This document shows, one piece after another, positions 1 to 9,052 of a stretch of 64,000 nt of DNA. The position numbers and the translations under genes were made by a program. The notes below the pieces were generated by a model. The model was not told the origin of the DNA and searched no databases. It saw only the letters and a list, made by a program, of their open reading frames with translations. The stretch's first letter is position 1; each line of letters opens with the position of its first letter. The DNA is taken from contig JACPTB010000001.1 of NCBI GenBank assembly GCA_016192995.1, positions 65,110 to 129,109 of the forward strand, written 5' to 3'. This DNA is from Candidatus Woesearchaeota archaeon. GTDB taxonomy: Archaea; Nanobdellota; Nanobdellia; Woesearchaeales; DSVV01.

Positions 1-186
1 AGAATCATGCTCCTTGTTTTAGACAAATTCCTTTGGTTAGGATTTGGTATTATGGCAGTAGGGTTGTTTATGATAGTTACTGGCGCTCAAGACCTTTATA
101 GAGGAATTTCATTTATGGTTGCAGGAGCAGTATTATTAGTGATATTCATGCTGTTAATTGTTAAAGAATATGAAATTGTTAAGTAA
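1..186 (+). CDS. small hydrophobic membrane protein, 3' end of an ORF that may start outside the window (internal ATG at 7)
   Basis: Open frame from position 1 to TAA at 184-186. Translation ..DKFLWLGFGIMAVGLFMIVTGAQDLYRGISFMVAGAVLLVIFMLLIV gives two hydrophobic helices. Confidence 0.3.
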   Translation, partial: RIMLLVLDKFLWLGFGIMAVGLFMIVTGAQDLYRGISFMVAGAVLLVIFMLLIVKEYEIVK

Positions 187-196
187 TAAGATAATA

Positions 197-204
197 TTTA
201 TATA
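197..204 (+). promoter_or_regulatory. archaeal TATA-like box (TTTATATA) about 25 nt upstream of the ORF starting at 226
   Basis: AT-rich TATA-like octamer preceded by purine-rich BRE-like bases. The spacing to the ATG suggests a leaderless or short-leader transcript. Confidence 0.4.
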
Positions 205-225
205 ATCACTTGTATTTATTTATTT

Positions 226-1032
226 ATGCTTAACCATTTTGGATGGAAAAAGACATTATTAATAACCATACTTATTGCAGCTATTCTTGTTATTGCAAGC
301 TGTTCTAAAGTAGAATGCAGAAAAGACACACAATGCGTTCAAAAAGCATGCCAAACTGCAGTATGTTCAAATAATGTTTGTAAATACACTCCTGTCCCTA
401 ACTGCTGTGGCAATTTGCAATGCGAAGCAGGAGAAACACGTTGTTCTTGTGAAGTAGATTGCAAACCAGCTTGTAAAGGAGATGTTATTCTCGAACAAAT
501 GCAATCAAAGAACAAAACATCTGAATATTTGCAATATGCTTGCAATGAAAAAACTCAAAATTGTGAAGTGCAGGTAAAAAAAGAAAAAGTAAAACCTATT
601 ACGTTGATCAATTCATGGCAGCAGCCAAATCTCCGTTTAGATATGGAATTAAAATACAAACAACCGTTTGATGTGGCAAAAGATGAAGTTCAGGTTAAAA
701 TATCACTGCAAGATGCTGATGCTAAAGTGAAATTACCTTTAGTGATATCTAAAGTGCAAATTATTTCAGGCCAAGAGTTGTTAGGAAGTAAAAATCTCAA
801 TGAAAAACTCAATAGTATTGGCGCTTCTACCATGGTTTCTATTCCTATTATAGCTCAGCTTAATACTTGGGAAGAGAAGCGTGCCATTAAAGTAAAAGTA
901 GATTATGATGCTCTTGTTTTTAAAACTGAAGAAATTATTGAACAATCTCGAAATAATGTTGAAAAACAATTCTCTGGTCAAATAATATTTGTTAAAACAG
1001 GAGAAGATGAATCTGAATCGAGCAGTAAATAA
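226..1032 (+). CDS. secreted or lipoprotein-like cysteine-rich protein, function unknown
   Basis: N-terminal signal/TM segment (LLITILIAAILVIASCSK) followed by a dense Cys module (CRKDTQCVQKACQTAVCSNNVCKYTPVPNCCGNLQCEAGETRCSCEVDCKPACKG). No recognisable enzymatic motif. Confidence 0.5.
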   Translation: MLNHFGWKKTLLITILIAAILVIASCSKVECRKDTQCVQKACQTAVCSNNVCKYTPVPNCCGNLQCEAGETRCSCEVDCKPACKGDVILEQMQSKNKTSEYLQYACNEKTQNCEVQVKKEKVKPITLINSWQQPNLRLDMELKYKQPFDVAKDEVQVKISLQDADAKVKLPLVISKVQIISGQELLGSKNLNEKLNSIGASTMVSIPIIAQLNTWEEKRAIKVKVDYDALVFKTEEIIEQSRNNVEKQFSGQIIFVKTGEDESESSSK

Positions 1033-1044
1033 TGTAAATAAACT

Positions 1045-1617
1045 ATGGTAAAAAATATCGGAATTAAGCAAAAAAGAGCTGTTGAATTGTCAGTGAATTT
1101 CATTGTTATGTTGATATTAGGTTTAGCGATCTTCTCGGTGGGGATGTACATTGCAACACAAGTTTTCTTCAAAGCTCGTGACCAGGCAAAAATATTAGAT
1201 GATGATATTAAATACGCGATAGAAAATGATTTGCGCGATAGTTCTGAAGAAGTGACGATTGGTTTGATCAGGAGATCAGTTGAACGGGCAGGCAATGATG
1301 TTTTTGGTGTTGGGATTGCAAATCGTGATGAAGCAGAGACTACTTACAAGATTGATGTTTCTTTTGCAGTTTATGAGAAAGAGGAAGGCAGCGGGAGCAA
1401 TGATCAAACATATAACAGAATTATTTTCCCTACTAAAAATTCAGCAGAATTAAATCAAATAACTATAAAACCACATGAAATTAAGATTATGAATCTGCCG
1501 TTTACCGTTCCTAAAGATACTCCTTCAGGGAGTTATGTATATAATGTAAGAGTTCTTAAAAAACTCGATACTACGCAGGTAGGAAAATTGCAGAAGATAT
1601 ATATAGATGTAAATTGA
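1045..1617 (+). CDS. putative archaeal type IV pilin-like protein (class III signal peptide)
   Basis: N-terminus MVKNIGIKQKRAVELSVNFIVMLILGLAIFSVG has a basic stretch, a KRA/V candidate prepilin cleavage site and a roughly 20-aa hydrophobic helix. The rest of the protein is hydrophilic. Confidence 0.35.
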   Translation: MVKNIGIKQKRAVELSVNFIVMLILGLAIFSVGMYIATQVFFKARDQAKILDDDIKYAIENDLRDSSEEVTIGLIRRSVERAGNDVFGVGIANRDEAETTYKIDVSFAVYEKEEGSGSNDQTYNRIIFPTKNSAELNQITIKPHEIKIMNLPFTVPKDTPSGSYVYNVRVLKKLDTTQVGKLQKIYIDVN

Positions 1618-1663
1618 TGAAATTGTAACTCTATTATTATGTTAGCAAAAAGAGGTCCATACA

Positions 1664-4081
1664 TTGTATAAAAATATGAATCTAGGGTTTATTTTTTTAG
1701 TTGTAATTAGTTTATTTGTTGTTAGTATATCAAATTTACCTCTGTCAGTGAATTCTTTTGAAGGAACAGGTTTAGTTATAGGTATGTCTTGCAAGGCAAA
1801 TGCAGATTGTAGAAATGTTAATGAAGTGTGTTATAGTAATATGTGTATTAATAGAGCGTGGATTACAAAGTTAGATAAAATGTCTGCTGAGAAAAAACAG
1901 AAAATACTGGAACAGTTTAAAGCAAAATATGAAAAATCTCAAACACAGCCTGCTTCTAATTCTCAACCAACACCAGTTCAAGAGCAATCAGTTGAGAAGG
2001 AAAAAGAATCAGGTAAAATCTCATCATTATGTGGTAATGGTATTGTAGAACAAGATGAAGTATGTGACGATGGTAATGATGATGATACTGATCAATGCAG
2101 ATTTAATTGTTCTTTATTTATCAAATCTACAGTATCACCTTATGTTATGTGTACTAAAGATGTTATTTTGAAAGTTTTTGATGCAAATAAAATTCCTTTA
2201 AATAAAGCAATTGTTTCTATTTATAATTATGAAAATACAATGTCTGCTACATCAGGTTCACAACCAATTCATTTTCCTTGGGATCAATATCCAGAAACTC
2301 TGTTAATGGTGAAAGGAAAAACTAGTGAATCTGGCGAGTTTAAGATCGAAAATGAATGGTTAACTAACACAAAAATGTATGCTTTTGTTGTTGAAAAGAA
2401 GGGATTTCTTCCATCATTTGTTGATGAAAAACAATGTTTTACCAATTATAAATATGACTTTTTTCTTCAAACTCCTCCAAGTCAGTTTTTAACTATTGAT
2501 CAGAAACAAAATGTACTTCCAGTAACTGTGATGATTACTAACACACACATTTCTAACTTAGAGGTAAGTGGTAGAGAAATAATGTTTCCTTATATTCCCT
2601 CAGTTCGAGAAGATCTTTCTAATAATTTACAAAGCGTTGATATAACTTTAAATATTTTTCAAGTGAAAACGACATTGTATCCCAATCAGAAAGAAACTAT
2701 GTTTTTACAGAAGAAAAGTAGTAATGTTAAGTTAAATCAACTTAATGTCTTTATGTATACTCTTCCCGAAGGAATCTATTATTCGTTTTTTAGTTTCAAA
2801 TTAAACTATAAGGATGGTAGTAAAAAAGAATTTAATTATTATCCAAATCATGCAACATGGGGAACTATTATTGAAAAACCATCATTTGTAGATCAGAAGC
2901 TTCTAACTCAAAGTATAGAATATATAAGCTCAGTTAGAGTTTATCCTCAACAGAATGAAGAAAAGTTTGTAAGTCTTATGGGAGAGAATACTGGGGGCAA
3001 TACAAAATTAAATATTGTTTTTTTAAATGTAGGTTTTGATAAAGAACTATTTAAATCTATAGTTAATCATTTGATCTATTCTAATAAAGGATTTACCAAC
3101 GTAGAACCATATATGTCCAATAAAGATAAGCTAAACTTTTGGTATTATCCGGATATACTCTCTTATGATGAAGCATCATGGCCAGTTAGTGAAAATACTA
3201 AAATAATCGCTCAGCTTGTGCCACTTACGAAAACCCAGAAAATATATCTCAGTCATGATATTAAAGGTAAAACTTTCTTCATTGCATTAGTTAATGATGA
3301 TCAAATTATTAGTGATACAATAGCTGGAGCTGGAAAGTGTAAATTTGAGAAAGGAACTCAAGTTGCTATAAATAAAAATATGTTACTACAATGCTTAAGT
3401 GGAAAAGATATGTCACAATGCTTTGATCAATTTGATTTGGCTAGAGTTTTTAATCATGAGATGGGTCATGAGATAGGAATCTTAGGAGAAGAGTATGTAG
3501 ACAATAATAAACTATTTGACATCAATTCTTTTGTTAGTAACCAAAAATATCTTTATAATAATTATAAGTCAAATACCTTTTTTATCGAAGGTTTGGATCC
3601 AACAGAATATTGTTTTACTTCACTATTTACAGGTGGAAAAATTCCTTATAACTATATTGGAAATGAAGTGATATGTTCATCTCAATTTAAAGTTCTTAAT
3701 TGTACTCAAAGCCAATGGGGTGATCTTATAGGTAATGGTTGTGGATCAGATGGATTAGTTGATTGTGGAAAAGATGATCCTAATTATTATTGGGAAGTCG
3801 GATGTTACTCAGGTGGTGGGATGTCTGGGGGGAAAAATACAGGGTCAAATCTTCTCAAGCCAACACGCTTTTCTATAATGCATTTAGGAGGAAAGTTTAA
3901 TTATGCACTTGAAAAGAGTCCTACTTCAAGGGTTTATGGTGTTGCAAATGAACGCTCTATCTGCCGCGCAATAAAAACATATACTGGTTCAGCAGGTGGA
4001 GTCTGCAATGAACTATGTATAGATGGCTGTAAACAAGGTGAACGTTGTATACAGGGAACATGTCAAGCTGTTAAAACTTAA
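1664..4081 (+). CDS. large secreted cysteine-rich protein with HExxH zinc-metallopeptidase-like motif
   Basis: Signal peptide is present. N- and C-terminal Cys-rich modules flank the protein. CGNGIVEQDEVCDDGNDDDTDQCRFNCS matches the Myxococcus-type cysteine-rich repeat pattern CGNG..E..E.CDDGN....DGC...C. HEMGHEIG matches HExxH. 805 aa. Confidence 0.5.
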   Translation: MYKNMNLGFIFLVVISLFVVSISNLPLSVNSFEGTGLVIGMSCKANADCRNVNEVCYSNMCINRAWITKLDKMSAEKKQKILEQFKAKYEKSQTQPASNSQPTPVQEQSVEKEKESGKISSLCGNGIVEQDEVCDDGNDDDTDQCRFNCSLFIKSTVSPYVMCTKDVILKVFDANKIPLNKAIVSIYNYENTMSATSGSQPIHFPWDQYPETLLMVKGKTSESGEFKIENEWLTNTKMYAFVVEKKGFLPSFVDEKQCFTNYKYDFFLQTPPSQFLTIDQKQNVLPVTVMITNTHISNLEVSGREIMFPYIPSVREDLSNNLQSVDITLNIFQVKTTLYPNQKETMFLQKKSSNVKLNQLNVFMYTLPEGIYYSFFSFKLNYKDGSKKEFNYYPNHATWGTIIEKPSFVDQKLLTQSIEYISSVRVYPQQNEEKFVSLMGENTGGNTKLNIVFLNVGFDKELFKSIVNHLIYSNKGFTNVEPYMSNKDKLNFWYYPDILSYDEASWPVSENTKIIAQLVPLTKTQKIYLSHDIKGKTFFIALVNDDQIISDTIAGAGKCKFEKGTQVAINKNMLLQCLSGKDMSQCFDQFDLARVFNHEMGHEIGILGEEYVDNNKLFDINSFVSNQKYLYNNYKSNTFFIEGLDPTEYCFTSLFTGGKIPYNYIGNEVICSSQFKVLNCTQSQWGDLIGNGCGSDGLVDCGKDDPNYYWEVGCYSGGGMSGGKNTGSNLLKPTRFSIMHLGGKFNYALEKSPTSRVYGVANERSICRAIKTYTGSAGGVCNELCIDGCKQGERCIQGTCQAVKT

Positions 4082-4112
4082 ATTTATTGGAGGTATAATC
4101 TAATAAAATTCA

Positions 4113-4880
4113 TTAGCAATTCCTTATCATACTAATAAACGAATCAACTTCCAATGATGCATTCCCTGGAAGAACACCGTCAACATCTTGAAGAATAAGA
4201 ATTTCTCGAATATTGTCTGGTTTGACGCTGCCGCCGTAAATAATATACATTTGTTCAACAACACGTTGATGATATAACTGAAGCAAGCTGGCTCGTATAA
4301 ATGCATGCATTTCTTCTATTTCAAGCAATCCTGCTGGTTGTTTTTTTTGATCGCCTTTGCTAATCGCCCACAAAGGTTCATACGCAATCACGATATTCTT
4401 TGCTTGTTTCTGATCAACATTTTTCAAACATTGTTTTAGTTGTCGAAGCACAAAATCTTTGTACTCATCTTCTTTTCGTTGTTTTACGTCTTCTCCAATG
4501 CATAAAACAGGAGTAAATCCCTGTTGTAATGCGGTAAGAAGTTTTTTATTGACCATTTCATTAGTTTCTCCAAGTTCACGTCTTTCAGAATGACCAATAA
4601 GAACATATTTTACCTTAAATTCTTTTAACATTAAGGGGGAGACTTCACCAGTAAACGCGCCTTTAGCTTCATAAAAAATATCTTGAGCGCCAAGTTCAAG
4701 AATATCACGCTTTAATACGTTGTTTACTTCGCTTAATGCAGTAAATGAAGGGCATATAACAAGATTAAAATATTCAATATGCTTGATCTTCTTCTGAAAT
4801 TCTTTGACAAATGCAACTGATTCAGCAGCAGTTTTATTCATTTTCCAATTACCAATAATCAAGGGATCTTTGGTTGACAT
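4113..4880 (-). CDS. tpiA: triosephosphate isomerase
   Basis: IIGNWKMN, AYEPLWAI and IYGGSV motifs. Start moved to MSTKDPL (4880) because the ORF-track extension to 4931 runs toward the MITE at 4943-5093. Confidence 0.8.
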   Translation of the reverse strand: MSTKDPLIIGNWKMNKTAAESVAFVKEFQKKIKHIEYFNLVICPSFTALSEVNNVLKRDILELGAQDIFYEAKGAFTGEVSPLMLKEFKVKYVLIGHSERRELGETNEMVNKKLLTALQQGFTPVLCIGEDVKQRKEDEYKDFVLRQLKQCLKNVDQKQAKNIVIAYEPLWAISKGDQKKQPAGLLEIEEMHAFIRASLLQLYHQRVVEQMYIIYGGSVKPDNIREILILQDVDGVLPGNASLEVDSFISMIRNC

Positions 4881-4942
4881 ACCTATTTCAAAGCATATGT
4901 TCTTTTTAAGCTTTTTGGATGAAAGGCACAATCCAATTTGTA

Positions 4943-5093
4943 AGTGATATTGCGAAAAGTGCCACCATCTTTTTTGCGAGGCTCTTCTTATCTTTCATCG
5001 AGTGTTATCCGAGGTTCCAGAGAGGATAGCACAATCGATAACTGCATCTTAAGCCGAGCCGATGGTTGCCGAAAGCATTTTCGCAATATCACT
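4943..5093. mobile_element. MITE-like element, family 5 (TIR AGTGATATTGCGAAAA(G)TGC)
   Basis: About 17-bp terminal inverted repeats at 4943 and 5077-5093. Lies between the rluA-like stop (TGA 5089-5091, inside the right TIR) and the tpiA promoter. No clear TSD. Confidence 0.55.
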
Positions 5094-5841
5094 CGTTTTT
5101 TGGATTGTGCCGAATGAAACCGATTATGTTTTTACCTTTTTCATCGAGAAATCCTAAGAAATCTTCAGGTAACGGCGCAGTAAATGCATATTTTTCATTC
5201 CCAAAAGTAAATGAGACTTTAAAACTATGAAGCAGCATCCGCGGTGATTTAATTCTGGTTAAATGTTCTGGCAGTAACTGATGTTCATGGGTTGTATAAT
5301 ACTTAAACACGCGGTCAGCAATGTAAATCTTATCTCCAACAATAGGATGTTTAATTGAAGCAAGATGCACCCTAATCTGATGTTGTCTTCCAGTTAAGGG
5401 TTTACAGAGAACAAGTGTATATTTTTTCCCCTCTTTAATGAACGTATGCAAAGGTGTTATTCCAGTAATACTTTCTTTTCCTTGAGGACTTATCTTAACC
5501 TTCCACTTAATATGGGTGCCTCGTTTTTCAGCAAGCGGTTGATTAATAGTTATCGGTTTAGTAAGTACGCCAAATACAATGGCAAGATATTCCTTGTTAA
5601 AACCTCGTTCAGACATTTTATGGTAGAGTACTTTTGCTGTTTGCGTTAATTTTGCACATACTATTATTCCAGAAGTATCAAAATCAAGCCTATTAATAAG
5701 ATGAATTTGTTGATAATGTCCTTGTTGTTTAAGAACATCGAGCAAAGAATTATCCTCATATACACCTCCTGGATGGCTTGCTATTTGTGGAGGTTTATTA
5801 ACAATAAGAAGATGTTCATCTTCGTAGATAATGGGTATCAT
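5089..5841 (-). CDS. pseudouridine synthase, RluA family
   Basis: HRLDFDTSGIIVCAK (HRLD..TSG catalytic motif) and overall RluA/TruC-like architecture. Confidence 0.8.
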   Translation of the reverse strand: MIPIIYEDEHLLIVNKPPQIASHPGGVYEDNSLLDVLKQQGHYQQIHLINRLDFDTSGIIVCAKLTQTAKVLYHKMSERGFNKEYLAIVFGVLTKPITINQPLAEKRGTHIKWKVKISPQGKESITGITPLHTFIKEGKKYTLVLCKPLTGRQHQIRVHLASIKHPIVGDKIYIADRVFKYYTTHEHQLLPEHLTRIKSPRMLLHSFKVSFTFGNEKYAFTAPLPEDFLGFLDEKGKNIIGFIRHNPKNE

Positions 5842-5887
5842 ATGATGGAAGAATAAGCATACGATTAAAAAAGGTTATGAGAAAAAA

Positions 5888-6053
5888 GGCTTCATCCAAA
5901 AATAAGGTTAGCACCCTCAGGTCGAAACTCTTTGAAATATTCATGAAAAGAGGTCGGAGGGTAGGCTCCTTCGGAGCACGACCGTTTAAGCGAAGATAAT
6001 AAGCGAAGTTTCGAAGGTGCTAACCTGGCGGCAGCCATTTTTTGGATGAAGCC
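5888..6053. mobile_element. MITE, family 4 (TIR GGCTTCATCCAAAAA...TTTTTGGATGAAGCC)
   Basis: Perfect terminal inverted repeats. 9-bp direct duplication GAGAAAAAA at 5879-5887 and 6054-6062. Confidence 0.8.
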
Positions 6054-6105
6054 GAGAAAAAATACAAAACATTATATATCTCTATTTTCTCAACACTATG
6101 TTATG

Positions 6106-6456
6106 GAATTAAAACAAGTTATCTTAGTACGTGAGGATCTTAAATTACCTAAAGGCAAATTAGCTGCGCAAGTTGCTCATGCTGCAGTAGATGCGGCATT
6201 GAAATTGCAGAAAAAAGATGAATCCTTATTAAAGAGATGGTATAATTCAGGGATGAAAAAGATTGTTCTTAAAGTAACAGATGAAAAAGAGTTGTATAAA
6301 TATATTCAAATAGCTAAAGATCAAGGTATCATTACTTCTATTATTACAGACGCAGGGCATACGGTTGTTAAACCAGGTACTGTTACTTGTGGAGCCATTG
6401 GGCCAGCTGAGGAAGAGCAAATAGATGCGATTACGAGTAAATTGAAGATGATGTAG
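6106..6456 (+). CDS. pth2: peptidyl-tRNA hydrolase, archaeal PTH2 type
   Basis: MELKQVILVREDLKLPKGKLAAQVAHAAV ... GHTVVKPGTVTCGAIGP. The ORF-track start at 6046 lies inside the MITE TIR and is probably spurious. Confidence 0.8.
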   Translation, partial: ELKQVILVREDLKLPKGKLAAQVAHAAVDAALKLQKKDESLLKRWYNSGMKKIVLKVTDEKELYKYIQIAKDQGIITSIITDAGHTVVKPGTVTCGAIGPAEEEQIDAITSKLKMM

Positions 6457-6589
6457 TTTAGTCACCATTGCGTAATACTAACGAAAGTTTAAATAGTAGT
6501 ACTTCCAAAAATAAAATTTGTGGGGTATGGGGAATAAGTATCACACAAAGACTTTAGTTTAGAAAACATATTCCTTAAGGGAAAGAGGG

Positions 6590-7267
6590 GTGATTTTTTT
6601 GACACTAGAACAATTAGGTGCTTCAATAGCACAGCCATTACAAGAGGTATTAAGTAATTTCTTACAATTTGTGCCTGGATTGATAGGGGCATTTGTAGTT
6701 TTAGTTGTAGGATATCTTGTAGGATGGGTAGTTTATTTTGTTTTGAATCGATTTTTTACCGCAGTGAAGCTTGATGAGATGCTCATTAAGAAAACAAATC
6801 TTTCAAAACGCGTTGGTGACTTAAAATTTGGTCATATTCTTGCAGTTGTTTCGAAATGGTATGTATTTATCCTTTTCTTGACACCAGCAGCAAGTCTTAT
6901 TAATCTTGAGACAATGTCTGAATTTTTAATTATGGTATCATTTTGGATTCCAAATTTAATCGCAGGTGTATTAATTGCGTTGATTGGTTTAGTAGCAGGT
7001 GATTACACCTATTCAAGAATTGTGGAAACAAGAGCAAAAGATGCTGAACTTGTTGCAAAAATTGCACAATGGGTAATCATAATATTTGTCTTCCTCATTG
7101 CGCTTGAGCAAGTTGGTTTAAGCATTTCAGTTGCAAGAAACACCTTCCTTGTTGTGCTCGCAGGATTAATGTTAGGTGTTGGTATTGCAGTTGGTATCTC
7201 ATTCGGAGATGCAATGAAAGAACCAGCAGGAACCTTTATGCGCAAGCACTTTAAAGGAAGAAGATAA
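6590..7267 (+). CDS. integral membrane protein, unknown function (possible GTG start)
   Basis: Several long hydrophobic helices. No catalytic motif recognised. Confidence 0.4.
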   Translation: MIFLTLEQLGASIAQPLQEVLSNFLQFVPGLIGAFVVLVVGYLVGWVVYFVLNRFFTAVKLDEMLIKKTNLSKRVGDLKFGHILAVVSKWYVFILFLTPAASLINLETMSEFLIMVSFWIPNLIAGVLIALIGLVAGDYTYSRIVETRAKDAELVAKIAQWVIIIFVFLIALEQVGLSISVARNTFLVVLAGLMLGVGIAVGISFGDAMKEPAGTFMRKHFKGRR

Positions 7268-7315
7268 ACGAAATTATTTTTTCTTTTTGATTTTTTCAAT
7301 TTTGTTCTCCAAAAC

Positions 7316-7323
7316 ATTTATAA
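7316..7323 (+). promoter_or_regulatory. TATA-like box (TTTATAAA) upstream of rps3ae
   Basis: 26-33 nt upstream of ATG 7349. Confidence 0.4.
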
Positions 7324-7348
7324 ATCATCAGTAAATTCATGAAGTAAT

Positions 7349-8035
7349 ATGGCTAAAGCAACTAAAACACAAACACGTGTAGCAAATTGGAAGAAGAAGA
7401 AGTTAATTCCTATTTATACCGATAACACTTTTAATAATTTCTTGCTTGGAGAAACTATGGTTGAAACTCCTCAGGCATTAGTGGGAAGATGCATTTCTAC
7501 AAATTTGATGTTATTAACTGGTGATATGAAGAAACAAAACGTTAACCTTAAATTCAAAGTTACGCGCGCTGAAAACAACAGAGCAATTGCTGAGCCTCTT
7601 GGTTATTATACTTCTTTTGCTTCAATAAAGCGTATGGTAAGGCGCGGCCGTGATAGAATAGATCTTTCATTCGTGGGTAAAACTGCAGATCATAAATCTG
7701 TTCGTATAAAACCAATACTGATTACAAAATCATCAACAACAAGGGCAGTATTAACCTCATTACGGAAAAACTGCTTAGTATTAGTCACTAATTTTCTTAA
7801 AGAAACAAAATATGCTGATACGTTTGTTCATGTTATGAGCAATCGCCTTCAAAAATATTTAAATGATAGCCTTAAACGAATTTACCCTCTGCGAACTGTT
7901 GAAATTCGTGTTCTTGAGTTAGAAAAAGTAAAAGGCGCAGCAAAAGTTTCTGAAGCAATTAAAGAAATTCAGCCAGAACAGCCTTTAGAAGAAGCTGCAG
8001 AAGTAACGCAGCCAGAAGAAGCAGTTTCAGAATAG
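7349..8035 (+). CDS. rps3ae: 30S ribosomal protein S3Ae (eS1)
   Basis: Conserved W..K.W..I.AP / VGR..E..L.DLTGD pattern (ALVGRCISTNLMLLTGDMKK) and acidic C-terminal tail. Confidence 0.85.
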   Translation: MAKATKTQTRVANWKKKKLIPIYTDNTFNNFLLGETMVETPQALVGRCISTNLMLLTGDMKKQNVNLKFKVTRAENNRAIAEPLGYYTSFASIKRMVRRGRDRIDLSFVGKTADHKSVRIKPILITKSSTTRAVLTSLRKNCLVLVTNFLKETKYADTFVHVMSNRLQKYLNDSLKRIYPLRTVEIRVLELEKVKGAAKVSEAIKEIQPEQPLEEAAEVTQPEEAVSE

Positions 8036-8053
8036 ATCAAGGCAACAATAAGG

Positions 8054-8061
8054 TATATAAA
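8054..8061 (+). promoter_or_regulatory. TATA-like box (TATATAAA) upstream of bud32
   Basis: About 26 nt upstream of ATG 8084. Confidence 0.4.
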
Positions 8062-8083
8062 TCTCATTACTATTTTTAGAAAT

Positions 8084-8674
8084 ATGAAACTCATCATGCA
8101 TGGTGCGGAAGCTAAGATTTATAGAGATAAAAATAAAATAATTAAGATCAGAGCTGAGAAAAAATACCGTTGCAGGGAATTAGATGAATCATTGCGTAAA
8201 CATCGCACAAGAAAAGAAGTGAAAATATTAGAAAAGATCGCAAAACTGAAGCTTGCTCCGAAATGTATATCATATAACGATGTTGATACTGTTGAAATGG
8301 AATTTGTTGAAGGAAAAAAACTCTCAGAACATCTTGAAAGACTCAAGTATAAACAGGTTTGTTTTATCCTTGGTCAAAAAATACGGCAGCTTCATGATCT
8401 TGAAATTATACATGGTGATTTAACAACAAGCAATTTAATATATGATGATCAAGAACATAAACTTTATTGCATTGATTTTGGTCTAAGCTATACTTCTACA
8501 AAGGACGAAGATAAAGCAGTTGATTTGCATGTATTGCATGAAGCACTGGTCAGTAAGCATTATAGCATTGCTGATAGGGCATTTAAAGAAGTCTTACAAG
8601 GGTATGATTCTAAAAAGGTTGAAAAAAAGTTAGTGTTAGTAGAATTACGAGGACGAAATAAACAGAAATCATAG
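8084..8674 (+). CDS. bud32: KEOPS complex kinase Bud32 (Kae1-associated kinase)
   Basis: About 196 aa atypical kinase. IIHGDLTTSNLIY catalytic loop and DFGLS motif. No Kae1 adjacent. Confidence 0.75.
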   Translation: MKLIMHGAEAKIYRDKNKIIKIRAEKKYRCRELDESLRKHRTRKEVKILEKIAKLKLAPKCISYNDVDTVEMEFVEGKKLSEHLERLKYKQVCFILGQKIRQLHDLEIIHGDLTTSNLIYDDQEHKLYCIDFGLSYTSTKDEDKAVDLHVLHEALVSKHYSIADRAFKEVLQGYDSKKVEKKLVLVELRGRNKQKS

Positions 8675-8829
8675 GTATGTAATAAGTCTTCTTCGGTTGT
8701 AGCGCCGGTTCAGCTTTTGAAGTGTATATCAATTGGATTTTTCTCTCTGGCACTCCGAAAAATCCTCGATAGTTACTAAGAAGAGCTTCACAAAATAGGC
8801 GCTAAAACCCCAGACTTATTACGTACGAT
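8675..8829. mobile_element. MITE, family 1 (TIR GTA(C/T)GTAATAAGTC...GGCGCTAAAACCCCAGACTTATTACGTAC)
   Basis: Terminal inverted repeats. Internal conserved core GGATTTTTCTCTCTGGCACTCCGAAAAATCC at 8724-8754. 7-bp TSD ATCATAG (8668-8674, which includes the bud32 TAG stop, and 8831-8837). Confidence 0.75.
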
Positions 8830-8838
8830 CATAGCGGC

Positions 8839-9011
8839 TTCGGTGAAAATGTAGTTTTTGGTGCCATGCTGGTGATTATCTTTCAAATTAATGAACGAGA
8901 AAAAAGGAAATTCCAATAGGAATTTTTTCCTTCTTATAAATAAGCGGGATAATCACGGCACCAAAACCGAGGCTATGCCGAGATTTTCACCGAAGCCGAT
9001 CATAGCATTAA
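8839..9011. mobile_element. MITE, family 3 (TIR GGCTTCGGTGAAAAT...ATTTTCACCGAAGCC)
   Basis: 9-bp TSD GATCATAGC at 8830-8838 and 9012-9020. It inserted into the right TSD copy of the adjacent family-1 element. Internal palindrome TTTTTGGTGCCATGCTGGTGATTATC / GATAATCACGGCACCAAAACC. Confidence 0.8.
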
Positions 9012-9052
9012 CTATATAAACCACCTTATTAATATCTACAGATAGGTAGGGG

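Noticed and set aside
339-1295. Minus-strand ORFs 339-545, 781-1071 and 978-1295, and similar antisense ORFs (8119-8346, 9295-9495, 12234-12470, 19565-19801, 20250-20477)
   Set aside because: They lie inside well-supported genes on the opposite strand and have low-complexity translations. They are shadow ORFs of AT-rich or Ala-rich coding sequence.
6046-6105. ORF-track start of pth2 at 6046 (MKPRKNTKHY...)
   Set aside because: This ATG is the last three bases of the MITE TIR (GGATGAAGCC). The conserved Pth2 sequence begins at MELKQVILV (6106).
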